From NCBI RefSeq assembly GCF_009914755.1, contig NC_060925.1: a stretch of 64,000 nucleotides of DNA. The stretch is one strand, 5' to 3'. The translations under genes were made by a program, and so were the position numbers. Every line of letters begins with the position of its first letter. Within the stretch, counting starts at the first letter, position 1. The notes beneath the pieces were generated by a model, which ran no database searches, was not told the DNA's origin, and worked only from the letters and a program-made list of their open reading frames with translations. This document shows, piece after piece, positions 54,550 through 64,000 of the stretch. Source of the stretch: the human T2T-CHM13v2.0 reference genome, Homo sapiens.

Positions 54550-56650
54550 AAAGTTCTATGAAGAAAAATAAAGCTGGGAAGGGAGAGAGAACATGTTTGG
54601 GGGTAGGGTGAGCTTACAAATTTATACAAGATGGTAGAGAAAGCCTCTTTAAGAAAATGGCATTTAATTGAAGACTGGACCCATGTAGATATCTAGAGAA
54701 AGCACATTCCAGGCAGAGGCACCAGCAAGGGAAAAGGTCCTGCAGTGGAAGTGGTCCCGTGGCTGGGGCTGTGTGAGAAGGAGGACAGTGAGACCCATGG
54801 GGTGGGAGGTGGGGCAGGACACATAGTATTGGCTCTTGAGGCCATTCCAAAGACTTTGGCTTTTACTCAGAATGAGATAGAATGCCACTGGATGCCTCTA
54901 TAACAAGGAATGACATGACCTGAGTCACACTATAATAGGAGTTTCCTGGCAGTTGTGTTAAGGTAGACCAAAGTGGGACAAGGGCAAAAGTAGGGCGAGG
55001 AGATGGGATGCAATGACAATCATCCATGCAAAAGACAAGGGGGGGCTGGAATCAACGTGATTACAGTGGAGGTTGATGAGAAGTGATCCAATTCTGATTA
55101 TGATCTGAAGGTAGAGTAAGACAGCAAGATTTTCTATGGAAGAAAAGAGTCAAGAATGACTTCAAGATTCTTGGACTGAACAAGGGTATGGAAGACTGAG
55201 GCAGAAGAGGTCTAGGGGGACAGAACATCAGGAGTTCAGCTCTGCATGTATTACATTGGTGATATTAATTACCCATCTAAATGGAGATTTCGGTTATGCA
55301 GTTAGATATATGAGCATAGTGTTCAGGACAGCTGTGCAAGCAGGCTGAAGACATAAATTTGAAAGTCATCAGCATATATGCTTAAAGCTTTGAAACTAGG
55401 TGGGAAAATCAAAGGAGTGAGCGTAGACATAAAAGAGATTCAAGGCCTGAGCTTCTGGTGGCTTCTTCTACCTTAAGGGGCACTTCTATGTTAAGAGGTG
55501 GAGAGAAAAGGATTCAGCAAAGTAGACTGAGAAGGAGATGCCTCATGGAGAAAAGCCTTATGAGCACAATGTCCTGGAAACCAAGAAAAGAAAGTGTTTT
55601 AAGGAGAAAGAAATGATCAGTTATGTTAAATGATGCTGTCAGAGCCAAGAAGATTATGGCTGAGAATTGGCCATTGAGTTTACAACATGGAAGGCCCTGG
55701 AGACCTAGGTATAGGCAGTTTCATTGGAATAATGGAGGCAAAAACCTAATTGCCATGGAGAGGTTTCTTGAAACCTAATTGCAGCAGTTTCAAGAGAGAC
55801 TAGGAGAACAGAAACTGGGGAGAGTCAGTATGGACAACTCTTTCGTATTGCTCTAAAGGGGAGCAGAAAAATAGGGCAGAAGCTAAAGTATAGCATGGGT
55901 TCAAGGCAGTCGTTTTGTTTTTTTGAGATAGGAAAAACCAACAGCATGTTGTAGGCAGGCGGGCAATATCCTAGAAGAAAGAAAAAAACCAACGATGCAG
56001 GTAGAGAATCCCTGAGTGCAGTCCTTGATGAGGGCAAGGGAGGAGCCCTCCTGTTGACCTGAGATGGGATATGTGATCATGGGGAAGGTAGGCAAATTGT
56101 GGGATGTGGCTGTAGAAGTGTGTGGTAGAAGTTCTCTTCTGAGTACTTCTGGGTTTTTGTGTGTCTTAGGAAATAAATCATTAGCAGAGTGACATGGGGG
56201 AGGAAGAGTGGAAGGTTTGAAGAAAAAGGGAAAGTGTGAAACGGTCTTTGAGGAGAACAGGAAAGCCAATGGACTGGGGAAATGGATCTGATGGCCAGGT
56301 AGTATTAAGAACCCCTTGAAGCTAATGAACGTGAATTCAAAGTGAGGCAGTAAGTTGTGGGTGTGTGTGAAGGATGGATTCTAATGACTAACCATGGAAT
56401 TTAAAATGGGTTAGGAGGGCTATGATGGTAAAGGAAGGTGGGAGAAGTGCAAAGGTGGCAGGTTCAATGGATCGTAGGCTCCAGAGGGTTGAGATATTAT
56501 TAAAGTCTGGGCACTCGAGTGACTGAGCTTCAAGAATCAACGGTGGTGATTAGAGACGGGGTGCTTGAAACTGAGGTTGTGGAAAAAGTACACGTGATTG
56601 AAATGGCACCATCTAGATGTGATCACAGTAGTGAGTAGCTGAAGTAGGTG
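54550..56650 (-). mobile_element. Long L2 segment
   Basis: Purine-rich L2 body (ggcttttactcagaatgag..., gaagacataaatttgaaagtcatcagcatat). Confidence 0.6.
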
Positions 56651-58859
56651 TTTTACTAGATAATTTGTTTGGTTAAGTAATCACACTTTTCTCTCTTTCA
56701 ATCCTGTCCCAGTTGAAGCCACTTCAGTACATTGTCCTGAAGTTTTATTTCTCAAATAAAGCCTAACGAAATATTTATTCACTTTGTCAGCCCATAGGCC
56801 ATGAATGACACATCGTGACTCATGGATGTCCTGGCTCTTTGCATCCTGCACACAGACACATGATGGACACTTGATGAGACTCCTTGATACAAAAGGGTGG
56901 GTTTGAGTCCCACATGAACACTAGCGTGCATGCTTGGGGTTGATGAAGTACACTTGTGTAATTTTTGTAAAGCCAATGGTTTAAATAGGGATATCTGATT
57001 TACTCTAACCAAATATCAGATTACTGTATTTCCTTTTGTGGTTCCATGTGCATTCTGCAAACTAGCATTCTTTTAGTGTACCTCTGCAGGCAAAGAATTT
57101 GGAAACTACATACCTATAAAACATTAATCAAAGCCCTTAGATTGACTGGATCCCACCCACCACTCTCCCCGCTGAGCAATTGAGTTAATTAAAAGAAAAA
57201 TATCTCAAGAATATAAGCTCATATCAATAATCTCATTTAAAAAAATAAACAAAGATTTCCAAAATTCCAAGTGAGCAAAGGGTGAGCAAAACTTTGACTT
57301 ATACTGTCTGTATTAACTATAGTGCTGAATAAAAATAATGGTTAAGAATGAACAAGATCCAAAATCTTCCAGAAAGATCATAATAATCATGCTTTAGATA
57401 GTGGGTGACACATTGAGGACACCTAATTTGTTAAATGAAGGTGTGAGTGTGCCTAATCTGGAAATGAAGTGCCATACTTTAGAAAAATACTGTTAGCAGG
57501 GGTATAGTTGGCCAGAAACCACTTGCAACACCAACATGTTCTTCCCTGAACTTTCTGTGTAATGAAGGCAGTTCTCCATTTGCTGCATTTGTAGGAAATG
57601 GGGAAACTGAGGAGGCTCTGAAATGGCCATGAGAATTCTTTTTAAGAATCTTCACCACAATTACACTGGAGCTGTTCAAGGACTTTTTTCCTTCTGCTCA
57701 TTTTAATGGCCTGAGATAATAGATCAAAATGAAGGCCTGTCCTCAGATGTGTATGAAAGCACAGAAGAACAGGATAAGACAGGAATCAAGGCCTCTACCA
57801 CTGGGGAATGCAGGTTGCTATATACCAGGCAATGGGTGGGTTTCCAAGGAGATGTGTCAGAGCCTTGGAATGCTGCAACTGGGCTGTGCCTGACCCAAGG
57901 TGGGGGCGGGTGCAAGGAACCTGCTGGCACATTAGAGGTCTTTTCTTCTGGAGGCAAACTTTGGAGAAATGTACAACACTAGCCTATGTCTGTAAGTTCA
58001 TGCTTTGGGAACAAAGTTTGAATTGCTTTCAGAGAAAAAAAATATACTGATGGGGTGAAGATAATGGTGGCTAATTTTGATCTGACCAAACAGATATAAA
58101 AACTACAGGCTGATCCAACAATAATCTTCTCCCATTTTCTTTCAAATGAGCAACCCTAAAGCATATACTTTTTAGTTTTACAAGGAAGGAGTCTCTCCAA
58201 GGAAAAGTTCAAGTGGATTTTTGGTTACCCAGCAAATTATTCTAATTAAGACATGGCTTTTATTCTAAAAATAATAATAATAATAATAATAAAAGGGTGT
58301 GTGTATGTGTATGATTTTTAAGAGCATGTTAATTCTAGGACAGTCTGAACATCTGTGTCTTAGGAGAGGCATGTTTTAGGAGATTGCCTCCTTTTGGAGG
58401 AGGGGCAGGATGCCTGCCTACAAAGGGCGCCCAGTGGCCTGGAACACCAAAAGCACATTCTCAGGGCATGCAGAGGTAACTGGTTGAAACTTGCCAAAGG
58501 ATGCTTTTCCATTTGGCTCACAGCAATTCATTTATATTGGTTTTGACCATCCCACTCATTTTATTTTTAAGTCCTTATTCATTTTCGGGCCTTTCCGTAT
58601 AGGGTTAGCAAGGAATTACTAATTCCGGATCTGCCCACTGTGACACTCAACTAGAAGATTAAGTCAGGTTTTAGAAACCTTGTTTTTGTCATATTTCCCC
58701 CATGCCCAGGCTTAAGAACACTCCAAATACTAATAATTACAGGAAATTCCATCAATTTGGGGGAATTGGCTTTAGACTATTTTTTAGTTGGTGTTCAGTG
58801 AAAATAAAATAATTCATTCAAGTAAAGACTAGATGGGAAAAATTACTTGAGGAGAAAAG

Positions 58860-59850
58860 ACAAATCTCCCTTACAGAGGAACTACAAATGATTTATGTAG
58901 ATGTTCTGCCCTCAAGGAGATGCAGGATAACTCACACTCCTTAAGTGTGGGCAGCACATAGCGAATTCCTCTCAGAGCACAGTATTGAAAAGGGCGGGGA
59001 GAGTCATGTTACCATGGGCAACACGACAAACTACTTCACCCAGGGGCTCCAGAGTAACCCCAACAGTGGGAAGTACTCTTGACACAATGAAATGAAAATG
59101 GCACTTGCCTCTGTGGTCTTCCTCACCAAAACTAGTAACCCTGTTCTATTATAATCATGAGAAAAACATCAGACAAACCTCAACTGAAGGATGTTCTACA
59201 AAACGCCTGCCCATTACTCCTCCAAACTATCAAGGCCGTCAAAAAACACGGACAGTCTGAGAAACTGTCACAGCCACGAGGAGTCTAAGGTGACAACCAA
59301 GTGTAACGTGATATCCTGGATGGAACCCCGGAACAGAAAAAGGACATTGGGTAAAAACTGAAGAAAATATGAAGAGAATACGAACTTTATTTATTTATTT
59401 ATTTTTTTGAGATGGAATCTCACTCTGTTGCCCAGGCTGGAGTGCAGTGGCACAGTCTTAGCTCACCATAACCTCTGCCTCCCGGGTTCAAGCAATTATC
59501 TGCCTCAGCCTCCCGAGTAGCTGGGACTACAGTTGCGTACCACCATGCCCACCTAATTTTTGTATTTTTAGTAGAGACAGGGTTTCACCATGTTGGCCAG
59601 GCTGGTCTTGAACTCCTGACCTCGTGATCCATCCACCTCAGCCTCCCAAAGTGCTGGGATTACAGGTGTGAGCCACCATGACCAGCCGAGAATATGAACT
59701 TTAATAATAATAATGTGCCAATATTGGTTTGTTAATGGTAACAAATTCCTAATGTGGGATGCTAGTAATTCCCCTAGTAATAGGGGAAACTGAATGTGCC
59801 ATTTATGGGAATTCCATTATATTCTCAATCTTCTGTAAATTTATAGCTGT
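58860..59850 (+). mobile_element. L1MC-type 3' region interrupted by an Alu
   Basis: atcatgagaaaaacatcagacaaacc...gatatcctggatggaaccccggaacagaaaaggacatt. Confidence 0.65.
59386..59687 (-). mobile_element. AluS, TSD gagaata(c/t)gaacttta
   Basis: Reverse-complement Alu between direct repeats. Confidence 0.92.
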
Positions 59851-60114
59851 GCAAAAAAAAAAAAAAAAAACCTGTTTAAGGAAAAAATTACTTGACTGAA
59901 AGAGAACACTCCACCCACCCCACCCAACCTGCCACCCCTGCTTTCACAGAGTCAGCCTGATGCAGAAAGTCTAATCATGAATTGCGCAGTTCTGGGTAGT
60001 TGGAACCCTGTAAATATGGATCATGCAGCAGGCGATGTTGTGAAGAGAAGTATGTTTCAGAGCTCCCAGCTTCTCTGTTCTGGATGTGCTTCCCCCTTCC
60101 CCTGCCCTGCCCCC

Positions 60115-60355
60115 ATAATGATAAGGCTAATACTTACATAGTATTATGTAATATGTAGCCCATGTATTGCCTTTCTCCTTCACAGCAGCCAACACTATGG
60201 AATAGGAGGGTTCTATTAGCATTACTGTATCCATGAAGAAGATGAGACCTAGAGAAGTTAAGGACCTTGCCCAAGATCCCTTGCCTGTAAGGATGGAGCT
60301 GGGATTCAAATTCAGACAGCCTGGGCCCCAGAGCCAGTGTGCTTTTAACCTTTGT
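60115..60355 (-). mobile_element. MIR
   Basis: gagacctagagaagttaaggaccttgcccaagatc...gctgggattcaaattcagacagcctgg. Confidence 0.7.
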
Positions 60356-61378
60356 CGTTGGTCTACTTCCCTCCCTCATTCACTTCTCTTCCAGGTATTC
60401 AGAGGCTCATACTTTCTTTAAGCAGGATTATCCTTAGTCTAAGAATGGTCAAGTTTACTACAACCCATGATGTCAGCTGTACTGTGTAGACTCCATCAAG
60501 AAATAATAGATGTGGAGGTGGGTGCTTGGAGCAGGGGAAAAGTGCCACTCTATGAAGTAAGGCCTGGTTAAAATTATAGCGTTGGCCCACATCCTACACT
60601 CCGATCACCGCAGGACCTGGATGATACTGAATCCCATCCTATAGTCAATTCTAGCTGTAAAACTAATGTTGTTCCCATCTGATGTCTTGGAAACAAACCA
60701 GCACTGGGGCATTTTCAAGTGGTTTCGATAATGAGCATTAGTAAACCCACAGGTGTGCCTAAGTGAGGATTTGTGAAGCTGAGCATACTTTCCCAACCCT
60801 ACATTTCAGAAAAGTTGGCTCCCTTTTATTTACAAAATGAGGTGGAATTGGATGTACTAGTCCAAATGAAGAGAAATAGGTTCTCTTTCATGTTTGAAAG
60901 AGATGTACATAAGACTCTAAAAGATGTACATAACAATAAGTTATTAAAAATAGCAACTTCTCAAACCCTGCCCTTTTCCATAAATTTCTTTAAACAGTCA
61001 GAAAGTTCACAATTTAATAAAGACTCTCAGAAAGGCTAGTCAAGGAATAGGCCCATTCAGTAACTTCATAAATATAGGGGGTTAAAAAATGAAATCTTCC
61101 ATGATGACTTCCTGCTGGAAAAGTCAAAGCTAGTTCAGACCACTTGGAGGGAAGACTTCACCTCCGGAACACATTGTTTGCTTTTAAAGTTCCCTGGGAG
61201 TGTGGGATGGTAACAATTTTTTTTTTTTTTTTTTTGGTTATCTGTGTTTCTAATGTTTCCACAATGGACATTCATTGCATTTGTCATAATACAAGTAAAT
61301 GAGAAAAGCTATTTTTAAAAGAAAGTTCAGATTGCTGTTTGGACAGGAAATCACTTACCTGGAAAATCACTGATGTGA

Positions 61379-61690
<312 letters not shown>

Positions 61691-62197
61691 TCATTGATGT
61701 AAACGTGGAGAGGAGCCATTCTGCCTGCGACTGACTGACAGGCATTGCAAAGCAGTGCCCTGGTTTTAGGGATGATGTTTCTTCTATGACTGCAGCAGGA
61801 CTCTGGGGAATTCCATCTAACACTGTTGGTGGGTTGAAGATCTGGCAGATGGTTTGGGTAGTCCGGTTCCATGGAATTAACAAATAACTTCAAATCAGTG
61901 CAACAAAACAACATACAGCCAAGACTGGAACACAGATCAATGTCAGGAACAGATACTCATCACTCTGTAAGAGAGAAATGCAGATCAGTCAATGGAGTTA
62001 CAAAAGTAAAGGCTTTCATTCTGAAGTTTGTGTGCTCAGTTCTTTTTCAGCTTTGCTTAGGAAATAACAAAAGAAAAAGCAACCTTAGGTTGACATGGGA
62101 GGAGATCCACACCGAGTCCAAACTTTCCCTCTCTGGGTAGCAGTATCATAGTTTGGGGGATTAAACATAGGTCCAAAGTAGACCCATGTTAAGGTAA

Positions 62198-62412
62198 ACC
62201 AGGGCTTGGCAAACTTTTTCTGTAAAGGGCCAGATAGCAAATAGTAGAGGCTTTTGGGACTTCATGGTCTTTGTTGGAGCTATTGAATTCTGCCATTGTT
62301 GTAAAAGTAGCCATAGACAATATTTAGAGGAAGACGTAACTGTGTTTTAATAAAACTTCCCCCAAACATCTGGCAAGCAGGATTTGGCCTCCATCTATAG
62401 TTTTCTGACCTC
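62198..62412. mobile_element. MER58A-like
   Basis: cagggcttggcaaactttttctgtaaagggccagatagcaaata. Confidence 0.75.
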
Positions 62413-62739
62413 TGACTTAAGCCAATCATAAGTATGCCATCCCTTTTGCCAGTGATTAAGATACCCAGGCTTAAACTAATCAGCATAAAGCCTTTTCCTG
62501 GTGATAATTACAGGTTTGGAGATGGCATATGATAGGCTCAATCAGGAAAGATTTTTGTTTGGAGTTTGAGGGAGAAGGGTATGATCTCTCCTGTTTACAA
62601 AAATAGGGAAGCATCCAACCTTAATTGCTACTGGCACCCAGTCTACAACTATGAGGGGAACAAGCCTTCAGATGAAGTGGACGATGGAAGAGAAACATAG
62701 AACTTGTATTCTTGATGATATTATTGAACTACAGGATAA

Positions 62740-63115
<376 letters not shown>

Positions 63116-63369
63116 TATAAATAACATTTTCAGTTGAGATTTCTGTTACTTGCAGATAAATGCATCCCAGCTGATGGAAAGTTTAAAAATAAGTTTATGG
63201 CTTTCAAAGTTTGCAAACACTGAAGTGAGTTAGTTAACACCTGCTGCCATAAAATTTCCTTCCCATCACAAAAAAAAAAAGAATGTGAAAAATAGGGAAT
63301 AAAAACTACCCTGACTCTTTTTAACTGCCTAAATTGGTGAATGTGGGTCTCCCAGGGGACAGTGAAGAT

Positions 63370-63770
63370 ATCTTCGTTTGTTTTGTGCAGTTATAACAGA
63401 TACCTGAAATGGGGTAATTTATAAACAACAGAAATTTATTTCTCACAGTTCTGGAGGCTGGGAAGTTCAAGGTCAAGGTGCTGGTAGATTTGGTGCCTGG
63501 TAAGGTCTGGGTCACCATTTCCAAGATGGCGCCTTAAATGCTGCATACTCCAGAAGGGAGGAACACCTTTCCTCAAATGGCAGAAGAGCAAAAGAGCCAA
63601 GAAAGATAACCTACTCCTAAAAGCCCTTTTTAAAAAGGGAATTAAATAGACCCCATGGAGGTGGTTTAATACCTAATCACCTCTTATGGGTCATACCTCT
63701 TAATACCATTACAATGGCAATTACATTTCAACATGAGTTTTGGAGGGGAGAAACCTTTAAAGTGTAGCAG
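63370..63770 (-). mobile_element. MST/MLT1A-type MaLR solo LTR
   Basis: ataaacaacagaaatttatttctcacagttctggaggctgggaagttcaag...tttcaacatgagttttggaggg. Confidence 0.8.
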
Positions 63771-64000
63771 AAGTTTTGATCAAATGACCCTTAATTTATG
63801 GAATTGTGGAATGTCTGGGCCGGTGGACACTTCCCCTGCAATGAGACCAAGAACTTGAATGCAAAGAGGCATTGAAGATTTTAACTTTCTTTCTGCCTTC
63901 CATTAACACCCTTGGTCTATGTGCAAGTCTCTTCCCTTCTTAATCTTCACACTCTAAACATAAGGAATGATTTATAAACAACAGCATAAGCATTATCTAT

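Overview
Human (or very closely related great-ape) genomic DNA from the LAMC1 locus (laminin subunit gamma-1, 1q25.3), transcribed on the + strand. The window holds coding exons 3-28. I placed all 26 by hand at GT-AG boundaries; they join into one 4107-nt frame (1368 codons + TAG) that ends in ...CFNTPSIEKP. A ~2.8-kb 3'UTR with proximal and distal poly(A) signals ends at about 38735. The remaining ~25 kb is repeat-rich intergenic DNA toward LAMC2, which lies outside the window. It contains a ~1.1-kb 30/33-bp minisatellite and nested L1/Tigger2/MLT/Alu insertions. There is no prokaryote-type system, CRISPR array or additional protein-coding gene. The best leads are all hypotheses at the RNA or variant level: (1) exon 14, which encodes the nidogen-binding module, starts with GTAAGA, so the spliced 13/14 junction recreates a strong 5' splice site (recursive-splicing candidate); (2) intron 26 has an in-frame triple stop overlapping AATAAA, a second strong poly(A) signal and a 3'UTR-like block, which could give a C-terminally truncated gamma-1 lacking the integrin-binding Glu; (3) codon 1205 is Ser where I recall an N-glycosylated Asn in the reference; (4) a (UG)25 tract sits next to the weak exon-20 donor; (5) the VNTR is an array of RUNX/KLF/T-box motifs. 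Exon and codon numbers assume the 1609-aa reference protein. Repeat subfamily calls and boundaries are by eye and approximate.
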